IMG/VR virus record: IMGVR_UViG_3300008339_009519
Span: 62,001 to 123,369 of that record
Length of the DNA stretch: 61,369 bases
From: an uncultured virus (IMG/VR IMGVR_UViG_3300008339_009519)
Lineage: Duplodnaviria; Heunggongvirae; Uroviricota; Caudoviricetes
Strand: one strand, 5' to 3'
This document shows positions 13,201-26,900 of this stretch, piece by piece (the stretch's first letter is position 1; each line of letters opens with the position of its first letter). The position numbers and the translations under genes were made by a program. Under the pieces are notes generated by a model. It did no database searches. It was given only the letters and a program-made list of their open reading frames with translations, and was not told the DNA's origin.

Positions 13201-15247
13201 TTCAAACTTTTTTTCTTTTAATTGTCTTGTTAATTCTTCAGTTGATTGTGCAGGGACTTCTAAGTCATTTGGAGATTTTCTATTTTTTAGATAATCTACA
13301 GTGGCAGCATTTGTTATATTATTTGAATTGATATAATCGATTGCTAAAGCATCATAAGTCATTTCATAAATATTTTTAGCATTTGACCCAGCAAGGGCGA
13401 CATCTACTATCTTTGCTACACGCTGTCTTTCTGTCATGATTACATCATTATTAAGTGAGCTGACAACTACTGTATCTAGATTTCTATATAATGTTGGGTC
13501 AGTTATATCAATGCCCATTCTAAACAAAATATTTTCCCAAAATGCTCTACCATAGTCAAGAACTGCTTTTTCTTCTTCGCTTCTAAAAGAAGATACGTCA
13601 GGGCTATATATTTTTGATTGGACTTCAGCTGGTATATAAAGAGTTATGTTTCTTCCATTAACCCAATCATTCATAACATTAGTTGTCAATAAACCATCTC
13701 TATACGGCTGAACTGTGTCCAGTTGTGCGCCATAAGGAGAAACGTTATAGGTGTCCCCATTCGAAGCTTCTACACCTTGCTTTGCAATTGGTGCCACTTC
13801 TTCAACGACTGTATTTAATAAAAACTCTGAGTTAACAGAATTTGCTAAAGAACCTGCAGCTCTTCCCATATAGTGTCTAAATTTGCCCCAGTGAACTGCT
13901 TGATTAAAATCTTTAATCATCGGCAAGAATGGCTTGTGGTTGAACTGAGATAATTCTAAATCAACCTCTAATGTAAACGGATAATTTGGGACTGTTGATA
14001 TTGTCATGTTTGTCAAAGCAACGCCCGTGATATCAAAGACAGAGTTTAGGTAATGATTTTTTATTGGCAGTATTGGCGCGTACTTAAACGCTGCAACGAG
14101 CCCTCTCAACGAGGAGAGGAATTTATCTATCTTTCTTTCATCTGGAGAATCTTTAAAATCAATGTAATAATTTGAATTTAGATTTATCTTCGAGGCATCG
14201 TCAATGCTAGTTCCCCAAATTTCTTCATAGTTTGGGAAATAAAGTTTTAGACTAATGGTTGTTTCTTTATATCCAGAATTATATTTTGGTGATGCTTTTT
14301 GTCTAATTGCTCCACCAGTTAAGCTTCCTGTTTTAAATCCTGTGTTAACTGATATTGTAATTGGTGGCACATAAAAGTTTGCTGCTCCGATTCTAAGGTG
14401 AAATATATCTGGAGTTGCTGGAGGAGTGTTAGAAAAAGCTCCTGTATCTTTAATTGCTTTTTCTATTTTTTGTGCGGTAGTAAAGTTATCTATTGCCCAA
14501 ACTGGTTTAAAGACTGATTCCCCATCTTCATTTGTGCCAAAAGCCTTAAACATATTTTCCATAATTTGCTTATGGTTATTTAATGGATCTTCTTCTGAAT
14601 ATCCATAATCTCCAGTTGCTGCTAAAGCAGTAATGAACAGCCTATATAGATTAGGGAAATACTTATATACTGTGGCAAGTGCTAGTGGGTCGTTGTAAAA
14701 ATAGTTTTTTGCTTGAATTAATCTTTCTAACCAGTATGTATCCCTAATCGGATCGTTAAAGTCTGCTGCAGATTTTCTTAATGTCTCTGCACTTTGAAAG
14801 CGCAACCTAGCAAATTCCCTTATTCCTCCAGCCATTTCTGCTAACTGAAGTAAACCTGATTGGTATATCTTTTCAAAAATTAATGATCTATTTTTTTCAT
14901 CTTTAATATGTGCTAATTCAGATTTTCTATAGCTAGTTAACTGTATAAATAATTTATTGTCTGGAGCATTTTTAAAATTATCTTTTGATAAACCTACTTG
15001 CGAAAGTTCTCTACCAACTTCGTCACTTGCAGTATTGTTTCCAAATAGGTCTGACCTAGATCCGAAAAACGGCTGGTATACCTAAAGTAGCTATATCTAA
15101 AAGATCATTTAAGCCCTGACCAAATTTTCTCCAGCTAGACCTATCACTACCCATTTCATCAAACAACTGTGACAATGGAGCAAGATCAGAATCTGCATAG
15201 AGATTCTGGGAAACTTGGTCTGAGTTAAGATCTATTTCATCGGCCAT
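4234..15247 (-). CDS. Giant virion protein (~3670 aa): baseplate hub (gp27/gpD-like) domains with C-terminal thermonuclease (SNase) domain; +1 shift at CGG 15062-15064
   Basis: Hub-like segments LKPGVRVHLRAGYG..IFNGVIAEV and GNADIRPHDLVYL..GIFEVEQVVHHFTPETGFITSI; SNase-like VTHVKDGDTI..VRFEGINTAEL. ORF 15056..15247 joins via TTT (C)GGA and reads open through 14836-15061 into MAGG. Confidence 0.75.
15062..15064 (-). other. In-frame CGG +1 frameshift site 3 (TTT CGG A)
   Basis: Codon 62; the 0 frame stops two codons later, the +1 frame stays open for more than 3600 codons. Confidence 0.8.
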
Positions 15248-15250
15248 AGT

Positions 15251-15730
15251 TTACCTAAACATGTTGTCTGTTTTAATGTATTCTGACATCTTATTGGCGA
15301 TATTGTCGCCATTAAATGCAGAACTGTAATTACTTATTATACCATTATTTTTAATACTAGATGAACTATTCAATAGTTTATTGGTAATATCTTGTTTGAG
15401 TTCATCAGATTTTAAAAATTCTTTTTGGTATCTAGCTTTTTGAAAAGATGGGTTATCGTATCCATCTCCATCCATTTGTATGTGACCAGCGGATTGCTTT
15501 ACCAGGCCTTCATAAGAGCCTCTCATTGGGTCTGGAGGGGCTTCTGAGAGCGTAGATCTTGATGCGTTAGTCACATTGCTGCTAACATCTGCTGTGGCTG
15601 AACTGCCTGTTTTTTGAGAAGCTATTCTTCCAGCTAAAGCATTTGAAGTTCTAGTTCTTGGTGAAGTATCTATTCTTTTAGACGCAGCGTCAGAGAGATT
15701 TTTATTTTGTTTATCTGCACCTAAAATCAT
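15251..15730 (-). CDS. Hypothetical protein in tail operon
   Basis: 159-aa ORF tightly packed between the giant virion genes. Confidence 0.6.
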   Translation of the reverse strand: MILGADKQNKNLSDAASKRIDTSPRTRTSNALAGRIASQKTGSSATADVSSNVTNASRSTLSEAPPDPMRGSYEGLVKQSAGHIQMDGDGYDNPSFQKARYQKEFLKSDELKQDITNKLLNSSSSIKNNGIISNYSSAFNGDNIANKMSEYIKTDNMFR

Positions 15731-15741
15731 ATTTTAAATAC

Positions 15742-18700
15742 CTAAAATCTAGAGGCTACATCTGAGTATGGATCTTGACCCATCATTGGCAATCCGTTAT
15801 ACATAGTACTGTTTATCGGCCCATCAATAACATCTCCAAACAAACCTCTTAATCTATTTAGGTCTTGCATAGAGCCAGAGGTATTTATTTGATATTGCAT
15901 ACCGCTTGAATCCATATTGTTTTGTTGAACTTGATTAATTATAGCCTGTCTTGTAGGGTATTCTGTTTCATATGGGTTTCCACCTGGCAAAAGTGGAGGG
16001 CCCTGTATGTCTGAAGCTGTATGATCTTTTGCTTTTTTAGATTGATATAAAAAGCTTGCCCCTATTAAAGCTGCAGCTGCTAAAGTTCCTCTGCGAACAT
16101 TTTTCGATTTAAACACATCAGAAGTAATTCTTCTATATGGGCTTCTTGCCACATCAACAGCTTCATCATCTAGAGCTCTAACAGACCTGGTTATATCTTC
16201 TGCTAAATCTCCTATTTCATCAAGGCCTCCGGCTTCAGACAAACCTTCTGTTGTTTCGGTAACAGCGCCTTCTAGGCCTTCTAGAGTTTTTCTAGCCTGT
16301 CTATATGAATAAGCTTCTGAGGCAACTGATCTCCCCCTTGCTTCAAGGCTTGAAGACGTTTGCCTTCTATCGGCTACCTCTTTTTCGCCCTGACTCATTA
16401 TTTCCATATAGTCTTGCAGATGTTGAGATCTCACTCTTTCTGGGGATGCTTCATCTAAACCTTTTTGATATTCAAGGAACTGTGTAGCATATTCTTGATC
16501 GACTGCATCAATTGATGCTTCAGCGTCTCCTGTATGTTCTCTAAAAGCTCTTTGTAAAGCCCCATAGGAAGATGCATATTTTAAGTTGGCGTTGGCCAAT
16601 CTTCTAGCCTTTGCTAGCCTAAACATTTCCATTAAAAATGGTTCTGCGCCTTCTTCTCCAATATTATCTAAAAGATTTGCTGCTCTGTCACCAAAGTTAG
16701 TTCTTAACTCTGACTCTAATGCATCGACAATGTCTAGAGTTGTTGAAGCACTAGCGCTATAGTTTTTTTGAATGGCTCTTAAACCTTTTGCAAGTTGCAT
16801 TGTTGTTTCCATTTTTGCTACAGCTAACTGCGTTGTAAGCTTTTCATTTCCGTTCTAGATTTTTTATTTTTTGAAGATTTCCAGCTATTCCAGATACTCT
16901 AAACATTTGCTTAACTTGAGTTAAATATTCTGCTTTAGCTATGGGTTTAGAAGCTCTTCTCATGCTTTTAGACATAAAAGTAGATTCTATTTCTATGGCT
17001 GCCTGTGCAGCTTGTGCCCTTCTTCTAGACTGTGTAATTGATGCATATCTATTGAACATTTCTGAACCAACTTTAAGACCAATCGATTCAGCAAATTGTG
17101 CATCTGTCATTGCAGATAGACTTGCCAATTCTTGATTTATCAGACTTCTTTGAGCATCATTTATTGCAAGACCCGATGTAGTGTCTAGAGCAGCTCTTGT
17201 ACCTTCAATCATTTTTTGTTTTAAAATACTTATATCACCTGGAAACGTTAGTCTTTCGCTTAATGCTAAAGGATCTAAACCAACAAGTTCTTCTTTAGCT
17301 TTACCAGCTGCAATTTGAGCAGCTCGTGTATACCCAAGCAGTTGAAATTGTTGATCCATCATTGATTTCATAATATCAGGTAATTCAAATTTACCAATAG
17401 TTTCTCTGGTAACTGAAACAGCCCTACTTCCAAGAGCTTCTGTGTTTCTTTCATTAACTCTTTTTACAATTGCATCATAGGCGGAGGTAATTCTTGCTAC
17501 TTCGTCATCGGTTTTGCCCGCTATTGCTTCACTATAGCTTAATAACTTAGTTCCTCCAACTAATTGCTTAACTAAGTCAACAACATTTGACTGCTCTATT
17601 ATCCCCATTGCGTATTTGCTTTGTATTGCTTTAAGTTGATCTGGAGAAACAAGTCCTTCTAGTGCGTCATTTAGTTGACCAGATAGAGAATATACTGTTG
17701 CTGCTCGGTTTGCTAAAACTCCAATTGAATTTTCCACATTTCCAACTCCACCAAAAGTTGACTTTGCAATAAAATCTTCTAAACCAAAAGTCCCAATAGC
17801 AAGTCGGGTTTGCCTATCTAAACCACCTAAATCATCTGCGCCATTAACAAATGCTTCTAACTGATCTGGGGTGATAGAAAAACCAGATCTGATTTCTCCA
17901 ATAGCACTATTAACACTGTCTGTCATTTTTTGTAGGATGTTTTCATCACTAGTTGTTTCTGTGGCTAAAGTAACAAAACTTTTATTAAAGTATTTTGCTC
18001 CTTTTTCAGCTTCTAAATTTTCTGCCATTTGAGCTGTTCTAAGCACTCCGTCTTGCATAACAAGGGCATTTCGTCCTGTTGTGGAAGCACTTCTGCGTCT
18101 TGCAGTTTCTTCAAAAATATCTATTTGACTTGCAGATTGTAGGGATGGAAGTTCTGCGCCATTTAAGAGTTGTTGTTTTGCTAATCTTAAAACAGTTTCT
18201 ACTGTTAACAAATCAGATTCATCAAACAGTGCGTTTGCACTAAGAGCTCCTTCTTTCAAAGAGGATTTATAAGTAAATTTGCCACCTTTTTGATGTAAAA
18301 CAGTTTTCATTCTTTGAAAAACTTTTTCTGCAGTTGCCCTATCGGTTCCAGCTTCAGCCATAACTTTTTCTATAAAGCTATCTTGTCCAAGCATTTCTTG
18401 GACTTCATTTATAGTTTCTACTTTTTTGCCTAAGATTCCTTGCAATGTTTCTGCGTGATTTAAGTTTGCTCTCATATATATAAACTCTTCATAACCTTTA
18501 GGATCTCTAAGAGTTGTAAAAGCAATTCTGGTTTTACCATTTTCATCTTTAAATGTTTTCATTATTGGTATACCTTTGTCGTCTAAGTCAAAGGTACCTA
18601 AAGAAGCTTTGTATAGAGCCGCAACTTCTTCACTTACTAACATTCTGTCGCCTCTAATTGAAAACTGCGCAAATGTTGCTTTTTCTTTTTTGCCAGCTTT

Positions 18701-20903
18701 TGTCATTATATCAATAAATTCATGTCCAGTTTCAGTGGTTCCAGGGACTCTTATCCCACCGCTTACAAATGTTTCAATATCATACCTAGCAGCATCTGGG
18801 ATAATTGAAGTCGGAATATCACCCTTAGTAGTAAATGCTTGCATACTATAAAAATTAACTACTCTATTTACAAGTCCTGGTATTTGTCTTGGGTCAGTAT
18901 TCATTCTTAGTTGTGTAATAATTTCCTGTATTTCTCTTCTTCTTCTAATTGCTAGACCTTGAGCCTCTGGGCTTAATAAACCAAAATCAACACCAGCGAC
19001 TTTTCCTCCGTCGAAATAGTGGATCACTAGTATCAATGCCAATTTCTCTGCCCTCTTTCATTAACTGGTCCATAACTTCTTGGGGCATTTCTCCTGTTCG
19101 CCTAAAAGAAGATATTTGACCAATAACCCTTTTGGTCACGGCTTCTTGCCTAGCTATGTAATCTGGATCAGTGTATGAAGTTGGGTCAGTTAGCAGCTGC
19201 ATTGGTTCTTCGTAAACATCTTTTTTGTGACTTTTTGCGATGTTCATCGCAAGATATCTTGTTTCACCTGTTTCTTTTTTAAGAGCTGATACATCTGCTA
19301 TAGCACCAGCGCCCATATACTCACTACGAGCTTTTATTAATTGATCTAAAAACCCATCATTAAGCTTATCAAGCTCTTCTCTTTCTGCATCAACTAGTTT
19401 TCGACTAGCTCTTATTCTAAGAAGTTTTGCTCTTCTTTTTTCAAGACCCCTAACTTCTTTTATTGAGTATCCGGTAAAATCTTCAAAAGATTTTATTCCA
19501 GCTTCACCCTTTAATGAACCATAACCAAGTCCAATTCTTGCTGGATCTCTGCCAAGATCTTTATTTCTTAAAGCTTCATTTAAAGAATCATACTCTAATT
19601 CAAGTTTTCTTATCTCTTCCATCTGCTCAATAGTCAGTGGACCAGATGAAGAATATAATTCTTTTACAGATTTTATTTGATTTTCTTTTTCGGTTAAGGC
19701 ACGTTCTGCAAAATTTTCGGTTATAGTGTACGAACCATCTGAAAACGTTTCTAAGTTTCCTTCTAATCTACCAATAAGTTGACTATAACGAATCATCCTA
19801 GGATCTTCTGGTGATGTGCCCAATAATGTTTCTGCATTCTGTTGTAAGATATTTAGCATGCTTGGACTTCTACCGGCAGCTGTTTCTGTTGCATACATTC
19901 TGCCAGCTTCTTCAATCTGCTGCTTTAATAAACCATATAAATCATCTGGATCATCTAATAATTCTGTTGGATCTGCTCCAGATATACCAGAAACTCTTGC
20001 TAAAATACCCATTGCTTCAGAGCTTCCTAAAAAGGTTCCTTTTCTTATCTGTCCACCATGTGCTGCCAGTATAAATGCTTGAAGACCTTCAATTTTTTGA
20101 CCTGCTGCTGCTCGCAATAAAAGATCAGTTCTATCATGGATAATCGCCAGTTGAGCCCTTGCTCCTCTGCCACTAGACATTGCTCTTAAGATTCTGTCTA
20201 ATTCTTCTTCTCCAAAGGATACATCTCTTGGTGCAATTTCTGAAGAAAATCTTTTTGGTATCTTAGCTGCATCGCGGCCTATTTTTTCTAATGCTCCAGC
20301 TTCCCCTCTTGTTGCTGCTCCTATTTTTTTATAAAACTCTTCAACAAAACTTGGTCTTAATGAACTTGCTCCAGCTAAAGATCTTAAAATAGTTTGCTCT
20401 ACAACAGAAAGTGGACTACCTTCTCCAGATATTCCAAAACTTAATCTTTGGATTCCTTCATCAGTTAAGTTAGTGAATCCAGGGAATCTTCCGTATTCTG
20501 AAGATGGATCTAATACTGTTGCAAGAAGGTTTTCATTGCTTTGAAAATTAAATAACAAGTATGTTGCGTCTATTTGTTTTCCAATTAATCTTCCAAGTCC
20601 GCTTGCTCTAAGTTGTTCATCTCTTGCTCCTAGTAAATATCTATTTACTGCATCAACCTGGTTCTTAATTACGTCTCCACCTATTTTACCTTCTGCTGCG
20701 GATATACTTGGACCAAATCTTCTAATATCAGATAATGGAATCTTCCTTGTTGCTGCGATTGCTGTGTCTAACGCATTTTCTCCTGAGTAGGTTGTCCCAG
20801 TTAATTTATTACGTATACTCCCATCATCCAAAACTGTATACATTGCGTATGTTGGATCTCTTTGAAAAACTATTCTTATAGCTTTTACTCTATCGTTTAT
20901 CAT
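15742..20903 (-). CDS. Large virion/ejection-type protein (~1719 aa) assembled from three ORF fragments by two +1 shifts at CGG (19008-19010 and 16850-16852)
   Basis: CGA (C)GGA GGA AAA joins 18987..20903 to 16844..19042; GAA (C)GGA AAT GAA joins that to 15742..16812. C-terminal hydrophobic segment followed by a GPPLLPGG motif. Confidence 0.7.
16850..16852 (-). other. In-frame CGG +1 frameshift site 4 (GAA CGG A)
   Basis: 0 frame reads CGG AAA TGA; +1 frame reads GNEKLTTQLAVAKMETT. Confidence 0.8.
19008..19010 (-). other. In-frame CGG +1 frameshift site 5 (CGA CGG A)
   Basis: Codon 632; the +1 frame reads GGKVAGVDFG. Confidence 0.75.
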
Positions 20904-20904
20904 G

Positions 20905-23900
20905 TTATAGGATTCCTGCAGAAATATTTATTGAAGATTGACCACTATTATTTTGAACTGGCATTACAGAACCGTTTATCCCATTTCGTGACATCAGCAT
21001 TCTTAATTTAGCTGCTACTGCGGCTTGATTTTCAGTTGCAGAAAATGCTGGATAACTTGGATTTGTTAAATTTGCTTCACGTATCTGTTGTGGATAGTAA
21101 CCCATTTGAGACATGTTTATGCCTAAAGACTGGCCCATTTTTATTTTAATATGATCCATATTTGTGTTTGGATGCCATCCTTCCCAACTTAAATCAGGAA
21201 GTTCATGTCTTGAAAAAAATTCTGTTAAATCTGGCTTTTCTTCTACTGGCATTCCCCAAGCTGCTTGATAGATTCTTCTTTCAAGTCTTGGAGCAGTCGA
21301 AAGAATTTGCTCCCTTTCTTGTACTGGGGCATTGATCATTTCCCTAAAGTGTTCACGCTTTCTCTTTGGTATTGCCAGAGACAAAGTGTCAACAGAGCTT
21401 CCATATAAGTCTGCCCCATACATTGTTCTTTTTGCAGCTTGGTTAAATTGATTAGCTGAAGCCATATCTCCAGCTTGAGATGCTTGTGTGGCTAATGATT
21501 TATTTTTTACATATGATAATATATCTGTATATTCTTCAAGAGCCATTTGTTTTTTGCGTTCTTTTGGAATAAATCTTTCTCCAGTAAATGCTTCCTTAGC
21601 ATTACCATATGCGGAGAAAGCCATCCCAGTAGACAAGCCAAATATTGCGCCAAAAGCTCTTTCTTTTGGTCCCCTGCCAAATAGTGCTCCTATTCCAGCT
21701 GTAATTAAACCTGCTGTTAAAGGATTTCTTTGCGTGCTCTTATAATAGATTGGCTTAATAAAGCTTTCAATTGGGCTGCTCCATTCAGGGAAGGAGTTGC
21801 CATACACATTTCTTCTCTCCCAATCTTCTTGAGCAGTTCTATTTGGAAAAAACTTTGTATTAATGAATGTGTCTCTGTGGGCAAAATATTCCCCCATTTG
21901 ACCAATCATCTTTGCTGCATTACTTATTCCTAACTCTTCTGCTGTTGCATGCTTATATTTATAAGGACTAAATTCATTTCTTTTTGTCGTTTGCTCAACT
22001 TGTGCTCTAATTCTTTGTACTTCAACTCTTTCTGAGGGTTGTAAATTACCCATATTAAGAGTTCTATCTAATGATCTATACTGCCTTGAGTAAGGAGCTA
22101 CGTCAGCTAAAATATCTAATTGCGTTACTGGACTTGAATAGTCTCTTCTTAGTGGGTTTAGCCTTTCGTATGCTACACCAGGAAGTCTTAATTCTCCTTC
22201 TTGTACCTTGGTAAATGGATCACCTGTTTTAAAATTTATAAAATAATCTGACCCAGGAAGAAATGGATATTTCATTCCCATTGTATTTCTAATTGGGTTC
22301 AAGTAAGTTATATCTGTTCTTTCTTTTGGAACAAATCTTCTTGCTATTTCAGATAGTTCTAAACTTGACTCTGCTGCTGGGACGTCACCAAGTCCACCTA
22401 AATTTAAGTCCCAGAAAGATCTAGTCGATCCATAAGCTTTTGATGCTGATTGTAATACTGATACATTTGGTTGCAAATCCCCGCTTCCAAAACCAAATGT
22501 TTCTCTAAGAGAAGAGAAACCAAATCCATAAATACCAGCCATTTCTTGCATTCTGTAACCAAGTTCTGTTTTTTGAAATGCTGGAGAAGAAACACTAATT
22601 GGAGCACCAGCTGGTGCAATTGCTGGTGGTATATAGCCTGGCACTGGGGGTGGACCATATTGCGCAGCTTGTGTATAACCTTGATTTGCAGTTGCAATTG
22701 TATTAAAAGAAATATTTCTAGCTGTGTTTAACGGTGCGTAAGAACTTGCTACTGAATTATTGTAGCTTCCTATTTGTAAACCAGTTACTGAAGAAGATGA
22801 TCTAAACTGCTCTGACTGATCTCCTCCAGAACTAAATATTCCCCCACCATAAGTTGGAGCCACTCTTCCAGAAGATAATAAGCCGGATGGATCATAGGCA
22901 CCACCATAACCTGCTGGAACATATTGAGACAATGCTTGCGAAACTTCTTGTTGGTGCATTTGGACTTGCGGTTTTAGCAATCTCCCAAATGTCATATTAA
23001 GTGCTGGAGTCAATGGACCAAACGGACCAGTAAAGTATTCTCCAGTTACTGGATAAGGCCTATCAAAGTACTGCTTTCTTTCAAATCTATATGGATCAAA
23101 TGGTCTTAATGGGGAGAAATCATAACCATAAGCTAGTCTTTCAATCGGAGAACCAAAAGCGTCTGAAGTGTAGGTGCTTCCAGATTGCATTCTTCTGTAA
23201 TAGGAAGGTCTGTAATATTGCACTTTGCCACCAGCAAATGGTGTTGTGCCAAGCGGCCAATATCTACCTTGTCTTACTGGCACTTCCCCCTCAAGAAGCT
23301 GTTCTTTCTTTTCTTCATAACCCATTCCACCAGGAGTTATCCCTGATGCAATTGATTGAAGTTCTACTGCTCCTCTTGCTGCTTTGCCCAAAAAGAACGG
23401 AGAATAAACCCTTTCTCCTCTTGCGTCTCTTTCTTGAGTTAGGCCACCTATTGTTCTGTCTGCACCAAGAGCTAGTGCACCACCAATATAAAGTGGTGCT
23501 ACTCTTTTACCAACAATGCCACCAGCAAAGAAACTTAATGGACTTCTGTACTTATCAGCATCAACCGATAGACCCAGTGTTCCAAAGTATCTGTTTATTC
23601 TGTCAGATAGATGTATTGCTGGTATTGAGGCTGCACTAAATGTACCTGGTGAACTATAGCTAGTTGCACCAACTACGTTACCAAGAACTCTTGTAAAACT
23701 AGTTTGCCCTTCTGCTGCTCTATCGAGCAATGTTGAAAATGTTGGGACAAATGTTACACCAGCATTACCTAGTGGGTTTACTGCGGTATCTGCTAATTCA
23801 TATGGAGCAACGCCAAAGTTTCTCTTAAAAAAAGGTCTAATTAAAGAGGTAAATCTTCCAGTTCCACCTGCACCAACGTTAGCTATTGTTTGACTTGTAA

Positions 23901-26900
23901 ATGGTTTAGTCAAACCAGAAAGTGCTTTTGCAAAGGCTTCACTTTCGTTTCTTTTATTAATAATAGAATTTAAAGCTTTTTGCTGGTTTAAACCAAATTG
24001 AAGTTTTGGTGAATAATTTTGATAAGAAACTAAGTCAAAAACATTTTCGAGTGCTGCTGCTCTTGCTTCAGATAATTGTTCTGGAGAAATTTGTCCAGTT
24101 CTTCTTAGCCTGAGAAGCACTTCTTCTAACTTTGAAGCTATCGCACCAGGATCTGCACTGTAGTCTTCATATGCACTTATTTCAATAAGTACTTTATTAA
24201 TTGCATTTCTTAAATAGTCTTGCCTTGTGCTGATTGTTGGCGATCTATGCTTAATTATATCACTTGATAAAGACTCAGCTTCTTCTGCCATATTGCTAAC
24301 AAAATTCATTGCTCTTGTTAAGCCAATAGGGTTTCCTCCACGAGCCTTTATTGATGAGCTTACGGTTTCGTAAATACTTTCTAGGCTTTTTACGGCTTCT
24401 GGTAAGTCTTCGTCAGTTATAGAAGCAAGTCCTACCTCTTCACCTCTTATGCTTAGTCTTCTTAAATTAAGAGATTCTTGGTACGCATCTAATATTCTTA
24501 GTGGAGTTCCTCTTCTTGATGTTTGTTGTCTAAAAGCTTCAAAAGCTCCAGAAACTTCATCTGCATTAAATACTACTTCTCCAGCTTCATTTATTATATT
24601 TACAGTATCATCAACAGCATTAAGTGTTAGAGTTTTGCCCCTACCAACACTAATAGTCCCTTCAGATAAAAGTTTTCCAAATACAACTGGGTTTTGTATA
24701 TCTGACTTTCTTCTTGCAAATCTTCCAAGTTTTCTAAACAAAGAACTTGGTTGCTCTTCATCTACATCAAATAAAGATCTGATTCTTTCTAATCTTCCAA
24801 CTGGTTCTCCAGCTATAACAGAAGACCTTTCCTGTTCTCTACCCGACGCCAATCTTGCTGCTCTTGAATAAAGATCGGTTTCAGTCGAAGAAAATCTCTT
24901 ATACAAACCAGCTGCTTCATCAATTGAAGCGCCACCCTCTGTAGCAGTAATGCCAAATAATTTTCCTACGTTTCCAAATAAACCAGATCTCTGATTAACC
25001 CACGCATAAACCTCTGGTCTATCTACGGAATCAGCTATAAAATCTTGTCTTGCTGTCCCTCTTAAGAATTGTATTTCCGTATCTCTAGAAACACCTTTGG
25101 GGCCACCAAAACCAAGAAGTTGTAAAGGATTAAATTTAACTACTGGTATTCCGTAGCCCTCAGTAAGAGTATCCATAAAGCTCATAAAACCAGATCTCAT
25201 TCTGGTTGTATCAACTATTCTTCCAGCTGCGTTTTCGTAAACTCCAGTAAGTGCAGAATATCCAATTGTTCTAGAAACTGGATCTTGCATTGCAACTTGG
25301 CCAAATACTCTTCTAGCCTCTGCCCTACTCTTATCATCAAATGCTTCAAAAATTCCTTTATCAAATGCTTTGTCAATTGATATTTCTCTTAAGCCAAAAA
25401 TATTAAATCCACCAACACTAGACGCTGGTGTCATTAATTTATTATCAATTAAGAATCCTTTTAGCTGTGAGGCATCGTCTGCATTTATTCCTCTTTTAGC
25501 TAACTGAGCAGCAATGAAATTGTCTGAGGTGTATGATCCATCTGAATTAACTAATTGTATTCCAAGTTTTTGAGCTGCTTTTCTTGAAAGAAAACTCATT
25601 TTTTGAGGAGTTATTGCTCCAGTAAAATCTTCGTACAGAGCTTTTTGTGGCCTACTTATTGCGTTTGCATGCTGTATTATGATATTTTTTTCTATATCTT
25701 TATAAGCTAGTTCTGCCCTTTCCCTTAAAAGAGCTCTATATGATTGAGTTGTAAATGCTGAGTCTGCTTCTCTAAATGATGACTTAAGTATTTCAGCAGT
25801 AAAGTTTTCTGCTTTTTTACCTAAATCTTTTTTAGCTCTTTCATTTATTGCCGCAAAGAATGCATCATCTGTCCCTACATTTATCTTTTTAATTCCAAAT
25901 GTAATTCTTTCAGAGATACTTCTATTTCTGTCAAAAGGAGTTAGAAGTCTTCTTATCTTCATTTGGCCGACAAAGTCTAATGCAGCTTCATCATTTATCC
26001 CTCGTCTAACTAAAGACTCTTGTATAGATCTAGCATACGCTTCATTTTCAAATTCTCTGGTAAATTGTCCAGCTTTTGTTAAATCACTATCACCATCAAC
26101 CATGGATTTAGCGTTTAATGACGAGTAGACTAGATTAGAAAATCTACTTGTATGTTGTTTTTTGATATTTTGAATTGTTTTTGTTAAAATATCTGCAGCA
26201 GTGGTTGTATCTCCAGTAGATCTTCTCAGTGCCTCATCATATGAAAGGGCCCCAGATATAACATCATAAGCGTTCTTTGCTGTTTTATATTGTTGACGAT
26301 ATGTTCTAGAGCCAGTTGTTAAGCCTCTTAATGTTGGTATTGTGTCTATAAACCCGAGTGTTTTTTCTCCTGCTTTGAATTCTCCATAGAGCGGAATATC
26401 AAGACTTGTATCAGAATTATTTGCATAGCCAAATAGATAGCCTCTAGCTGTTTTTGTAGCTCTTGCAAGTTTTCCTTCTCCAGAAAGCTCAGAAGCTGCT
26501 CTGGCTGCAGCTGCTCCTCTTCTTGCCTGGTGTAGTGCAAAAACAACTCCACCTTCTCTTCTTTGAGCTTCTTGGAATGAAGCGTTAAATGCATAGGATG
26601 CTGAACTGCTAATTCTTGTAGCTTGTTGTATTATCTTTTCACTATCTTGTCCAAATGACATTAAAATAGTTTTTAGATCTGCTACTTTATTTGCTGTTTT
26701 AAGCTGATTTCTACTTAGTGGCAGTGGAAAATCTTGATACGGTGCATCAGATAATTGTTTTATCCTCTTTATTCCCGCTCCAGCAACTGACTCTGGAAGT
26801 AGTATGCTCGTTATATTTAGTGTTGACTGCTTAACAAAATCAGTGACAACATCAACAGGGTTATACCATTTTGTTCTAGGTCTATCTTCAGAGTTTCCAA

